Counted from the stretch's first letter, positions 19,691 to 29,407 are shown. The stretch: DNA of 64,000 bases from an uncultured Thiothrix sp. (GCA_964293005.1 CAXYXW010000020.1:3766-67765); one strand, 5' to 3'. Notes: generated by a model not told the origin, from the letters alone. Translations and numbers: made by a program.

Positions 19691-19724
19691 GGCAAGGCTG
19701 TACCTTTATCGGAAAAGCCTTGCC
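19691..19724 (+). terminator. Candidate intrinsic terminator/hairpin after the ATPase gene
   Basis: Perfect 9 bp stem GGCAAGGCT ... AGCCTTGCC with a 16 nt loop, followed by a T-rich tract. A TATAAT lies at about 19734. Confidence 0.3.
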
Positions 19725-19881
19725 ATTCATCTATAATATTTATACTGTTAGCTTATTCGCGCCCGTATTCACCCACAAACCATATAAAAAATTAATAAGG
19801 TGGCGTTTTGATAACGGGTCTTTTGCCGATTATTATGGCTTAAACAGCCTTTAACTCGGTTCCTGATTTCAGGTTGATCGG

Positions 19882-22260
19882 ATGAGCACACAAAATTATA
19901 CCAAGCTGAAATTATTACAAGCACTCGACGGCGCATTGCTGGTGGTGATGTTGTTGACGTTTGCAACACTGACATGGCTGAGCTTGAGTGATCTTTCAGC
20001 AAAAGCCCAGCATAACCTGTTGGAGTCGACTGCCGTGCTGGAGCAGGTGGAAAAAGACTTCATCGGGCAGCTCAGCAGGGAAGCGCATATTGATGAAAAC
20101 CGCAAAACCCTTGAGCAATTGAATGATGCTTTTTTCAAGCTGGCCTTTGATCCGGGCAGCATTGAGGAGAGCTTGCCACACCTGCGGACATTGGGTGAAA
20201 CATTCGATGCCCAGCGCCAAGTGTTGTTGCAGGAATGGCCGGGTAATTTCAGACCCTTGCTGCGTGACTCTTATGAGCTTGTCAGCGATAAGCTGGTTGC
20301 AAGCCTTGTGCAAAGCCAAACCTTAGCTTCGGATCAATGGACGGTATTTGCGGCGGATATTCGTACCCAGTTGTTGGCAACCCGTGAAGTGGTGGAGGAA
20401 ATCGACAGTATTGGTAATAGCCTCGGCGTATTGGTGAGTGACAGTATCCAGCTTTCGATCAATAGTGCCAACCGCAGTGTGGGGCAAATGAAAAGCCAGA
20501 TTGTGCAAATCCGCGAGAATGCGGTTTGGGCGATGCTGGGTTTGATGATCCTGCTGCTGTTGAGCCGGATTTATTTCTCCCACCGTTTCGGCATGCTGAC
20601 CCGCGATGCCCAGCAGGCACAGCAGCAGGCAGAAAATGCAGTCAAGACCAAGACCCGTTTCCTGGCGACCATGAGCCATGAAATCCGTACCCCGATGAAT
20701 GGGGTGATTGGTATGACCCGCTTACTGATGGATACCCCTTTGAACCAGCGGCAAGCTGATTTTGTCGAGAGTATCCGCCTGAGTGGTGAACATTTGTTGA
20801 CCGTGATTAATGATGTGCTGGATTTTTCACGGATTGAGGCAGGCAGGTTTGAACTCAAACAGGAGGCTTTTGAGCTGCGTTCCTGCGTTGAGGAAATCCT
20901 GAGCCTGCTGCATGCCAAGGCGGTGGAGAAAAACCTGGAGTTGACCTATGCAGTGCACACCGCCGTGCCACTCTTTATTGTCGGCGATCAGGTGCGTTTG
21001 CGGCAGATACTCACCAACCTGATTGGTAATGCCATCAAGTTTACGGAAAGTGGCGAAGTGACAGTATTCGTGAACCAGAAATCCGAGGCTAAATCAATGC
21101 GTGATCTGGTTGGCGTATCAGTTCATGAGCTGGAGTTTGAGATCCGTGATACCGGCCCTGGTATCCGTGCCAGCCGTTTGGGTAGTATTTTTGAGCAATT
21201 CAGCCGTGCCGATGAAACCTTGGTCAGGCAGCACGAAGGTACTGGGTTGGGCTTGAGCATTTCCCGCCATTTGGTGGGAATGATGGGCGGGTCTATCTGG
21301 GTGGAAAGCCGGGTTGGGGTTGGCAGCCGCTTTTTCTTTACCCTACAGGCACGGCAAGGAACAGGCGCATTGCAGGCTATCCATCAGGCCTCTATTCCCG
21401 CCATCAGTGGCAAACGCATCCTGGTTATTGAAAACAATCCTGCCAATAGCCAGGCCTTGCGTGATTATTGCTTGGGTTGGGGGGCAGAGGTTGAGCTTGC
21501 CAGTTCGGTTGCGGAAGCGGTCAGTTGGTTGGCATCCGGCAAAACGTATGGGTTAGCCTTGCTGGATGGGCATGTGGCAGAAACCGCTGCCATGGATTTT
21601 GCCCAGTATGTGCGCCAGCGTTCCCAACAGAAAGCATTGCCGCTGGTGCTGATGATCCAGCCCAATGATCGGCAGGAGGCGGTGCATGTCCTGTATAATG
21701 CCCTCCTGACCAAGCCGATGACCCGCAGCCGCTTGCTGGACAGTTTGCTGGCAGCTCTGGGTGGGCAAGCCGCCCTGCCTGAGTCGAAGGTGGTTGTGGA
21801 GGGCCAGAAATTAGGGGAGAGTTTGCCGCTGAGTGTTTTGCTGGTGGAGGATAACCGCATTAACCAGATCGTTGCCACGGCTATCCTCAAGCAGTTGGGC
21901 TATCAGGCTGACCTGGCGGAAAATGGCTTGGTCGCGGTCGCTGCCATGCACAAGAAAGCTTACGATGTTGTCTTTATGGATATGCAAATGCCAGAAATGG
22001 ATGGCGTGCAGGCCACCCGCTGTATCCGTGCCGAATTGCCGCCTGAGCGCCAGCCGGTAATTATTGCCATGACAGCGAATGCCCTAGAAAGTGACCGGCA
22101 GGAGTGTGTGGCAGCAGGCATGAATGATTACACCAGCAAGCCGGTTTTGCCGGAAACGGTTAAAGCCCTGCTGGAAAAGTGGGGGGCGGGTAGGGTTGCC
22201 CATACCCGTACAGCCCCGTCTGGCTCAGGTTTGCCTAACGCTTACCTGCCTGTTGCGTAA
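19882..22260 (+). CDS. Hybrid sensor histidine kinase / response regulator (periplasmic sensor, HisKA, HATPase_c, two receiver domains)
   Basis: Two TM helices flank a ~170 aa extracytoplasmic domain. H-box MSHEIRTPMNGVIGM, N/G boxes, then a degenerate REC (VIENN...LLDGH...LTKP) and a canonical REC (LLVEDNRINQ...VFMDMQMPEMDG...YTSKP). Confidence 0.85.
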   Translation: MSTQNYTKLKLLQALDGALLVVMLLTFATLTWLSLSDLSAKAQHNLLESTAVLEQVEKDFIGQLSREAHIDENRKTLEQLNDAFFKLAFDPGSIEESLPHLRTLGETFDAQRQVLLQEWPGNFRPLLRDSYELVSDKLVASLVQSQTLASDQWTVFAADIRTQLLATREVVEEIDSIGNSLGVLVSDSIQLSINSANRSVGQMKSQIVQIRENAVWAMLGLMILLLLSRIYFSHRFGMLTRDAQQAQQQAENAVKTKTRFLATMSHEIRTPMNGVIGMTRLLMDTPLNQRQADFVESIRLSGEHLLTVINDVLDFSRIEAGRFELKQEAFELRSCVEEILSLLHAKAVEKNLELTYAVHTAVPLFIVGDQVRLRQILTNLIGNAIKFTESGEVTVFVNQKSEAKSMRDLVGVSVHELEFEIRDTGPGIRASRLGSIFEQFSRADETLVRQHEGTGLGLSISRHLVGMMGGSIWVESRVGVGSRFFFTLQARQGTGALQAIHQASIPAISGKRILVIENNPANSQALRDYCLGWGAEVELASSVAEAVSWLASGKTYGLALLDGHVAETAAMDFAQYVRQRSQQKALPLVLMIQPNDRQEAVHVLYNALLTKPMTRSRLLDSLLAALGGQAALPESKVVVEGQKLGESLPLSVLLVEDNRINQIVATAILKQLGYQADLAENGLVAVAAMHKKAYDVVFMDMQMPEMDGVQATRCIRAELPPERQPVIIAMTANALESDRQECVAAGMNDYTSKPVLPETVKALLEKWGAGRVAHTRTAPSGSGLPNAYLPVA

Positions 22261-23407
22261 CAATTCCAGCCTTGGCAGCCCAGATACCCAAATCCTGTTT
22301 GCTTAAGGCATTCGCCATCAGCTCCGGGAACTGGTCGGGGGTACAAGCAAACGTCGGGATGCCCAAGGCGGCAAATTGTGCCGCCATGTCATGGTCATAA
22401 AACGGCGCACCTTCATCGCTTAAAGCCAGCAATGAAATCACCTGTACGCCAGAGGCCACCAGACTTGCCACCCGTTTGAGCATTTCCTTGCCATTTCCCC
22501 CCTCGTACAAATCGCTGATGAGGATAAAAACCGTGTCTTCCGGGCGTGAAATCAGTCCTTGGCAATAGCCGACTGCCCGGTTGATGTCGGTCCCCCCGCC
22601 CAGTTGCAAGCCAAACAGCAAATCCACCGGGTCATCATGCAACTCAGCGGTGAGGTCAACAATCGAGGTATCGAATACCACCATGCGTGTACTTAACGCC
22701 GGGATGGAGGCCATCACTGCCGCAAAAATGCTGGAATAAACGACCGATGGGGCCATCGAGCCACTTTGGTCAATGCACAGTACCACCTCTTTCAGGGCAG
22801 AGCGCTTGCGTCCGTAGCCGATACGGATTTCCGGCACAATCGCATTGTATTCCGGCAAGTAGTTCTTGATATTGGCGCGGATGGTACGGTTCCAGTCGAT
22901 TTCTTGCAGACGCGGACGGCGGTTGCGGATGGAGCGGTTGAGTGCGCCTTTGACGGCCTGTTGCATCGGTTGTTGCAAACGGCGCAGCAATTCATCAACC
23001 ACCTTGGCAACCACCAGCCGCGCAGTTGACTTGGTTTTGCCAGGAATCACATTTTTCAGGGAAATCAGCGTGGCAACCAGGTGGATGTCGGCTTCTACCG
23101 CTTGCAGCACTTCGGGTTCCAGCAACAATTGGCGTAAACCCAGCCGCTCAATCGCATCTTGCTGGATCACACGCACGACCGAAGAAGGGAAATATTGGCG
23201 GATGTCGCCCAGCCAGCGGGTGACATTGGGCGCAGAAGCGTTGAGGCTACCCCGTTTGCCCCCGCCATTGTTTGCCCCATCGCCATACACAGCAGACAGG
23301 CAATTGTCCATGCCCTGCTCTAAGCCACTGAGTGAGCAGCCAATGCCATCGGCATCCCCACCACCGAGGATCAAGCGCCAGCGTTTTTGGTGTTGTTCGT
23401 TGTTCAT
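22235..23407 (-). CDS. VWA domain protein (MIDAS motif DxSGS)
   Basis: VLCIDQSGSM is a MIDAS-like motif. Overlaps the upstream DUF5682-like gene by 4 nt (ATGA). Confidence 0.75.
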   Translation of the reverse strand: MNNEQHQKRWRLILGGGDADGIGCSLSGLEQGMDNCLSAVYGDGANNGGGKRGSLNASAPNVTRWLGDIRQYFPSSVVRVIQQDAIERLGLRQLLLEPEVLQAVEADIHLVATLISLKNVIPGKTKSTARLVVAKVVDELLRRLQQPMQQAVKGALNRSIRNRRPRLQEIDWNRTIRANIKNYLPEYNAIVPEIRIGYGRKRSALKEVVLCIDQSGSMAPSVVYSSIFAAVMASIPALSTRMVVFDTSIVDLTAELHDDPVDLLFGLQLGGGTDINRAVGYCQGLISRPEDTVFILISDLYEGGNGKEMLKRVASLVASGVQVISLLALSDEGAPFYDHDMAAQFAALGIPTFACTPDQFPELMANALSKQDLGIWAAKAGIVTQQAGKR

Positions 23408-25710
23408 GCTGCTAACCCCAATAGCATCGCCAGCAATGGCAAGGCCGTTTGTGCCCGTTCCTCATCTACATCAGTATTGGCTGCCACTACCACTGGCAAG
23501 GCTGCTTGCCCTTGTTTGACCCGCTCACCCATTTGCCGCCGTTCGGGGGCTTCAAAGGTGGAGAAGGTACGGCGTAGAACGGGCAACAGCGCTTGGAAAG
23601 CTTCATCCGTGAGGCTGGCTACCCAGCGGTCGATCAGGTTCCAGAGGGTTTCATCATAGATCAGCAGTTGCCCGCTGCCACGCAGGAAACCATCTACCCA
23701 AGCGGCGGCATGGGCAGGCTCATTGGCAGCGGATAAGGCCAGGCCGAAACGACGGGCGCTGGCTTCCCCGTCCAGCAGACCCGATTGCAGCAGCAGGCGG
23801 CAACAACGCCCTGCCAACAGCGGATGCAGGCCGTACTGATCCAGCAGGGTTTCCAGGGTGCGTGTCCATTGCCCGCTGAAATCGGCATCATCCAGCAGGT
23901 GGATGGCTTCCTGCACCGCCTGGATTTGCGTGAACATGGCTTCAGCCGCCTCTTCATTCAGCGCACTGCACGCATTCGGCAAGCCAATACAGATGCGTGT
24001 AACCATGCCATTGACCACATGACTGACTTGTCCGGCAGCGGTTTTACGCACATCGCCATAACGCAGCAATTGCGCCAGCTCAGGCAATGCCCGCATCAGG
24101 TGCAGGATGTCACTGCTGATCGCCGCTTCGGTTTGCAGGCGTTGCATCAGTATATGAACGGCGCTGGGCAGATTGGCATAAAGTGCGGCATGCGCCATCT
24201 GGGCAAGCTGCTCCAGGGCGGTGGTATCGCGTGCTTGGCTGGTCAGTTTGTGGCTGGCAGCGGTTTCCAGCGTATTGCCCCAAAAACCTGCCTCAATCAG
24301 GCGGATGGCAAATTCCGGTTGCCAGAGGATACGCCAGTTTTCCTTGAATGTGCCTTTGCCACTGGCACGCTTGCCACCCTTGCCCCAATCAATGCTGAGG
24401 ATTTGCAGGCGGCGCAGCAGGTAACTGCGTTCGAGGTCGGTCGGTTTGCGCAAGTCCAGCAGCAATTCAGCATCGCTGGCACTGGGTTTGAGGCGCAGGC
24501 GTTTTTGTTCCTGAGCCAAATCTTGCTGGAGTGGAGTTTGTGGGGTTTCATCCGGCACATTGCCCAAGGATTCACCGATCAACAAACGCCGGTGCAGGAG
24601 CTGCATCGGGGTGGCATCGCCAAACAGCATGACGCTTTGTACAGATTCATTCAGCTCTGCCAATCCGGGTAAGGGCCGCCCGCGCATCGCTGCCAAGGTT
24701 TCTGCCAGCCGCACGGTTTCGATAATGTGCGCCGATGAGATGTCGATGCCTTGGGTGCGGAAGGTGTGCGCCACTTGGGTTAGCCAGCGTGAAGTCAGGG
24801 TACTGGCAGCATGCCCCAGTGGGAATTTCAGGTTGTGGTTCCAGATATGCGCATACCATCCGGGCGCATCGACACCTGCCCCGTAGCCGCTGGCTTGGCT
24901 CAGGCGGTCATACGTCCAGGGAACCCAGGTGGCAGTTGTCTTGAGTTTGGGCAGCCCTTTGAGCAGGGCATCATCGGCTTTGGCGACTGGCATGTCCTGC
25001 AAGGCCGGGACGTGCCATGCACCGCAGACCACCGCAATGGTTTGGAAGCCGTCCTTCTGGGCTTGGCGGATAGTTTTACGCATGTGGGCTTCACGCCATT
25101 GCTCATGCATCTGTTCGGCTGGGTCGCGGGGGCTATCGGTCTGATCGGCATCGACGGCAGTCCGCAAGGCGGTCATGGCTTCGGCAATCGCCTGAAATAA
25201 TTCCGCAGAATCTTGCCGCTCCTCAACCATGTGTTCCCACCAACGTTCACTATCAGCGTAACCGGCAGCCTCTGCCAGTAAAGCCAGTGGGTCGTGGCGG
25301 ATGTTGCGCTTGTCACTGGCATCATTTAGCGGAGCTTGTCCGCTTTCGGCCTCTGGCGCTGGGGTGGCGGGTGTTGCTTCCAATGCCTTGTCGTGGGCAA
25401 AGCGGATGGCAACCGGCAAATCCATAAAACGTACCGGAATCCCCCGTTGCAGGGCATGGCGAATCGCTTGCCATTCGGGGGAAAAGTCCGCGAAGGGGTA
25501 GTAAACGGCACGTTGTGGTTCATCAGGGGCATATAACAGCAAGGCAACCGGTGCTTGCATTTGGGCGTGCAATACCAAGGGCAGGATGTTATCGGCTTCG
25601 GGTGGGCCTTCGACCAGAATGCAGTCCGGCTGCAAGTTGTCCAATGCGTGGGCAAGGCTGCGGGCAGAGCCGGGGCCGTGGTGACGGATACCGAACAGGT
25701 GGTATGGCAT
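23404..25710 (-). CDS. DUF5682-like large protein (module partner of MoxR and VWA)
   Basis: About 770 aa helical protein, translationally coupled to the VWA gene. Probable start MPYHLFGIRHHGPGS. The DUF number is from memory. Confidence 0.5.
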   Translation of the reverse strand: MPYHLFGIRHHGPGSARSLAHALDNLQPDCILVEGPPEADNILPLVLHAQMQAPVALLLYAPDEPQRAVYYPFADFSPEWQAIRHALQRGIPVRFMDLPVAIRFAHDKALEATPATPAPEAESGQAPLNDASDKRNIRHDPLALLAEAAGYADSERWWEHMVEERQDSAELFQAIAEAMTALRTAVDADQTDSPRDPAEQMHEQWREAHMRKTIRQAQKDGFQTIAVVCGAWHVPALQDMPVAKADDALLKGLPKLKTTATWVPWTYDRLSQASGYGAGVDAPGWYAHIWNHNLKFPLGHAASTLTSRWLTQVAHTFRTQGIDISSAHIIETVRLAETLAAMRGRPLPGLAELNESVQSVMLFGDATPMQLLHRRLLIGESLGNVPDETPQTPLQQDLAQEQKRLRLKPSASDAELLLDLRKPTDLERSYLLRRLQILSIDWGKGGKRASGKGTFKENWRILWQPEFAIRLIEAGFWGNTLETAASHKLTSQARDTTALEQLAQMAHAALYANLPSAVHILMQRLQTEAAISSDILHLMRALPELAQLLRYGDVRKTAAGQVSHVVNGMVTRICIGLPNACSALNEEAAEAMFTQIQAVQEAIHLLDDADFSGQWTRTLETLLDQYGLHPLLAGRCCRLLLQSGLLDGEASARRFGLALSAANEPAHAAAWVDGFLRGSGQLLIYDETLWNLIDRWVASLTDEAFQALLPVLRRTFSTFEAPERRQMGERVKQGQAALPVVVAANTDVDEERAQTALPLLAMLLGLAA

Positions 25711-25913
25711 ACAGGTTGTCCTTTTGGAGCGCATATTGTTGGTTATTGCTGGGGATTGTAGCAGGATTTTTACAGCTTATCCCCCATTCACCCCCGCCTA
25801 TCTTCCATTTTCCACACTTTATGAGCTGATCCCATGCCCCGTTACATTTGCGTCCTATGCTCAGGGAAGTAGAAGAACCTATTTATCCACCAAAAAACGC
25901 ATAGGTGAACGGC

Positions 25914-26462
25914 ATGGTGTTGAAAACAAGATCATTTTTATTGCTTTTTTTGTTGATGTTTGGCCCGAACCTGTCACATGCAGCTGATTCGCGTGAAAAG
26001 GAGGAGGCATTTATTCGCATCGTACTGGAAAACAAACGGCAGCCAATTATTGATATGTTGGAAAAAGGCGCTAATGTCAACCAGATCACGGGTACAGGCC
26101 AGACTATTTTATGTGCTGCCAGTATGCTGGGTAAGGCGGTGGCGGTGAAGGTGCTGATGGATCACGGTGCAAAGTTGCTGGATGATTGTTTGGTGACAGC
26201 CGTTGCCAATGGACAGGTGGAGATTACCGCCTTGTTCCTCGACCGTGGCAAAAAGCCCGATACGGTGGCAGATGAGAATGGCGACCGGCTGTTGCATATG
26301 GCGGTGCGTAATGGCGATGTTGCCGTGACCGGGTTGTTGCTGGAGCGGGGGGCGGATGTGAGCCTGAAAAATGCCGCCGGGGAAACACCCCATGACATTC
26401 TCGTCAAGGGGCGTGAGCTGATTGATGCGCTGGAGCACCTGTTGAAAAATGCCAGCCGTTAA
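25914..26462 (+). CDS. Secreted ankyrin-repeat protein
   Basis: Signal peptide, then 3-4 ankyrin repeats (GQTILCAASMLGKAVAVKVLMDHGA..., GDRLLHMAVRNGDVAVTGLLLERGADV). Confidence 0.7.
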   Translation: MVLKTRSFLLLFLLMFGPNLSHAADSREKEEAFIRIVLENKRQPIIDMLEKGANVNQITGTGQTILCAASMLGKAVAVKVLMDHGAKLLDDCLVTAVANGQVEITALFLDRGKKPDTVADENGDRLLHMAVRNGDVAVTGLLLERGADVSLKNAAGETPHDILVKGRELIDALEHLLKNASR

Positions 26463-27175
26463 GCCGCCTGTCCGCTATCCCATCCTTCCAGGGCAAATGC
26501 CACCGCCTGCGCTGCATGGATGGTGGTGGTGTCCAGCAGGGGTACGCCAGTATCGGCCTGTTTCACCAGCAGGCCAATTTCGGTACAACCCAGAATCACG
26601 GCTTCTGCCCCGCGTGCTGCCAGTTCATCCAGGATGCGCAGGTAATCTGCCCTGGATGCGTCCCGTGTTTTGCCCAGGCACAGCTCCTGATAAATCACCT
26701 GATGTACCCGTTGGCGGTCAGCCGCCTCAGGAACCAAGACCTCCAACCCATACTGCTGGCTGAGCCTGCCCTTGTAAAAATCCTGCTCCATCGTGAAGGC
26801 AGTCCCGAGCAGGCCAACCGTCTTGATACCGCGTTGTACCACCACTTCAGCAGTGGCATCGGCGATGTGCAGCAGGGGAATGCCTATCCGCGCCTGGATG
26901 TCGGGGGCAACCTTGTGCATGGTGTTGGTGCAGACCAAGAGGCAATCGGCTGCCGCCTGTTCAAGGCATTGGGCAGCCGTTGCCAGTATGTCAGCCGTGG
27001 CTTGCCAGTCCCCGGCATGCTGGAGGCGTTCGATTTCGGCGAAATCCACACTGTAGAGGACAATTTTTGCAGAATGTAATCCACCCAGTTTCTCCTTCAC
27101 ACCTTGGTTGATCATGCGGTAATAGTCGAGGGTGCTTTCCCAACTCATGCCGCCCAGCAAGCCAATCGTCTTCAT
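26459..27175 (-). CDS. Aspartate/glutamate racemase family protein
   Basis: MKTIGLLGGMSWEST and the two catalytic Cys regions (LLVCTNTMH, ILGCTEI). Confidence 0.8.
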   Translation of the reverse strand: MKTIGLLGGMSWESTLDYYRMINQGVKEKLGGLHSAKIVLYSVDFAEIERLQHAGDWQATADILATAAQCLEQAAADCLLVCTNTMHKVAPDIQARIGIPLLHIADATAEVVVQRGIKTVGLLGTAFTMEQDFYKGRLSQQYGLEVLVPEAADRQRVHQVIYQELCLGKTRDASRADYLRILDELAARGAEAVILGCTEIGLLVKQADTGVPLLDTTTIHAAQAVAFALEGWDSGQAA

Positions 27176-27178
27176 GCC

Positions 27179-28006
27179 TTATGCACCCAGGTTGGCCTTC
27201 AGGAAGGCGGTGGTACGCTCCCATGCCTGCTTGGCATTGGCTTCGTCATAGCGTGCGCCCGTCGGGTTGGCAAAGGCATGGTCAGCCTCATACCAATGGA
27301 CGGTCAGGCTGTCTTTTTTGCCTGCCTTTTCCATTTCACTTTCAAAGCCGGACACCATTTCCTGATTGATGTTTTTGTCGAGCTTGCCAAAATGCCCCAG
27401 CACGGGGCCTTTCAGGGCTTTCAACTCATCTGCCGGGTTGGTGACACGCCCGTAATAAATGATGGTGGCATCCACCGGGGTGGCGACCGAAGTGTTCAGT
27501 GACCAGCCGCCGCCAAAACACCAGCCCATTGTGGCTACCTTGCCATTACCCTTGGCATGGTTTTTCAGGAAATCGACCCAGCCTACCATCGTTTCTTTGG
27601 CGACTGCCGCATCCAGCCCACCCATCAGTGCCTTCGCCTCATCCGGGGAGGCCGCGACTTTACCGCCGTAGAGGTCAACTGCCAAGGCCACATAACCCAT
27701 GCTGGCAAGCTCAGCCGCCACCGCCTTGATCTGGTCATTCAAGCCCCACCATTCATGGATGAGGATTACCGTCGGGGCTTTTTCTGCGGCTGGCAAGGCC
27801 AATGCTGCCTTGACCTTTGCGCCGCTTTTCAGGTCAAGCGAGACATCTTCCAGCGTGGTTGCCGCTGCTTGTGCCAATTCCGGGAAGGCCAGCACGGTTG
27901 CCAATGGCAAGCAGGCCAAGCCTTGCAGGAACAGGCGGCGTTGTTCTGAGTCAAGCGGGATGGGGGGCAGGGTGGTTTGGGTTCCACAACCGTGTAAATC
28001 ACACAT
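27179..28006 (-). CDS. Dienelactone hydrolase family protein (secreted)
   Basis: Tat/Sec-like leader and an alpha/beta hydrolase nucleophile elbow GWCFGG. Confidence 0.7.
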   Translation of the reverse strand: MCDLHGCGTQTTLPPIPLDSEQRRLFLQGLACLPLATVLAFPELAQAAATTLEDVSLDLKSGAKVKAALALPAAEKAPTVILIHEWWGLNDQIKAVAAELASMGYVALAVDLYGGKVAASPDEAKALMGGLDAAVAKETMVGWVDFLKNHAKGNGKVATMGWCFGGGWSLNTSVATPVDATIIYYGRVTNPADELKALKGPVLGHFGKLDKNINQEMVSGFESEMEKAGKKDSLTVHWYEADHAFANPTGARYDEANAKQAWERTTAFLKANLGA

Positions 28007-28138
28007 GTTTGTTCTCCTCTTCATTGGCAGCAGTGGTTACAAGAACCCCGGCTTGGTCGGGGCTTGTGTATGCTACACCATTTAGGGCGTGACGGGTTTT
28101 ATCCTTGAAAATGCTGCCTGTTTATGCGGCTGGACAAC

Positions 28139-28831
28139 TTAAACTTCTTGCATGATCCGCACCACCCGCGCATCCAGACACGAGCGCAGGAAGGCATTCA
28201 TCGCGGTTTCATCGCCCGACGTATAAAACGCCAGCATCAAGGTGTTGAATTCCAGTTGGCGTTTGGCGGGCAGGTTGATGGCGGGGTAGCCATGCTGGAG
28301 CAAATGCCCATTCATCATGAAACGCCCCATGCGCTTGTTCACGTCGTAGAAAAACTGGCAACGTGCCATCGTCAGAAACAGATGGATGGCTTGGTCGTAA
28401 ATGTCGTCGATGTGGGCAAGGTCGGCAACCATTGCCTGGAAACGGGCAGGCAATTCGGCAACCGGCGGTGGCATATAATCCGTTCCGGCGATGAGTACGC
28501 CACCTGTGCGGAAACAGCCCCATTCCAGTGCTTCCTCTTTGCCTGCGACGGCGTGGAGTGCGCAGGCTGTTGCGGCGGAAACGCTGAATTCACCGCGCTC
28601 AAGCCAGCCAAACAATAACCGCCATGCGTTGCCTTGATTGACCGTGATTTGCTGGTCGGACAGTTTGTGTCCACCGACGGTGATGCCATCCAGCAGGGTT
28701 TGGACTTCCGGCAGGGTCATGTTGATGCCTTCCAGATTGACGGCATCGCAAACGAATTCGCTGAGTTGGCGTTTTGCCAGCATCAGGGCTTTGGCGGGGT
28801 TGGGGGGGATTTGCCAGTGGGTGTCTTGCAT
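28139..28831 (-). CDS. Fic/Doc-fold protein with a degenerate active-site motif
   Basis: QFFYDVNKRMGRFMMN aligns to the Fic motif HPFxDGNGRxxRLLxN. His->Gln and Gly->Val/Lys substitutions are seen directly. Confidence 0.6.
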   Translation of the reverse strand: MQDTHWQIPPNPAKALMLAKRQLSEFVCDAVNLEGINMTLPEVQTLLDGITVGGHKLSDQQITVNQGNAWRLLFGWLERGEFSVSAATACALHAVAGKEEALEWGCFRTGGVLIAGTDYMPPPVAELPARFQAMVADLAHIDDIYDQAIHLFLTMARCQFFYDVNKRMGRFMMNGHLLQHGYPAINLPAKRQLEFNTLMLAFYTSGDETAMNAFLRSCLDARVVRIMQEV

Positions 28832-28897
28832 GAAGCGATTCCGTTATTGCGTTGGGTAACAGGATTTTACCCCAACTCACCCAGCCGACAACGGCTA

Positions 28898-29407
28898 TTA
28901 CTTCATCCGCGCTCTTGCTACATCTTTCCAAAGTCTTGCACCTCTTGGTGCATGGGCATCTACACAAACTGAGGGAAAGTCCATAACTTCGCTCCGAACC
29001 TCCCCCCTCCCCAACCCTCCCCCCGCAAGGGGTGGAGGGGGCAAGAGGTGTTGGGATTGTTGGTGCAAGGCGTGACGAATTTGTTGTAAAACGGCTTCCT
29101 GATTGTTCAGGAGTTCATCATTCCAGAAACGCAGCAGTCTGAATTGTTGTTGCTGCATCCAGTTGTCGCGCTCACGGTCATACGCTTGTTGGTGGCGGTG
29201 TGGGTTGCCGTCCAGCTCAATTACCAACCGCGCATCCAGACAAACAAAATCAACGATATAGCGCCCCAATGGGGCTTGATGGCGGAAACGGTAGCCATCC
29301 AATTGGCGTTTCCTCAACAGCGCCCATAACGTCTGCTCTGGTATTGTCATGTTCTTACGCAGATTGCGGGCAAGGTCACGGTGAGTTTTGTTGTATTGCC
29401 TTTCCAT
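28898..29407 (-). CDS. DUF559 (Vsr-like very-short-patch-repair endonuclease fold) protein
   Basis: MERQYNKTHRDLARNLRKNMTIPEQTLWALLRKRQLDGYRFRHQAPLGRYIVDFVCLDARLVIELDG is typical DUF559. The C-terminal tail is encoded by read-through into the left inverted repeat. Confidence 0.65.
   Translation of the reverse strand: MERQYNKTHRDLARNLRKNMTIPEQTLWALLRKRQLDGYRFRHQAPLGRYIVDFVCLDARLVIELDGNPHRHQQAYDRERDNWMQQQQFRLLRFWNDELLNNQEAVLQQIRHALHQQSQHLLPPPPLAGGGLGRGEVRSEVMDFPSVCVDAHAPRGARLWKDVARARMK
28958..29045. repeat. Left arm of the inverted repeat
   Basis: See the mobile_element entry. Confidence 0.8.

Noticed and set aside
23785-24672. 295 aa + strand ORF antisense to the DUF5682-like gene
   Set aside because: The sense frame is continuous for 776 aa and translationally coupled to VWA. 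The antisense ORF has no motif.
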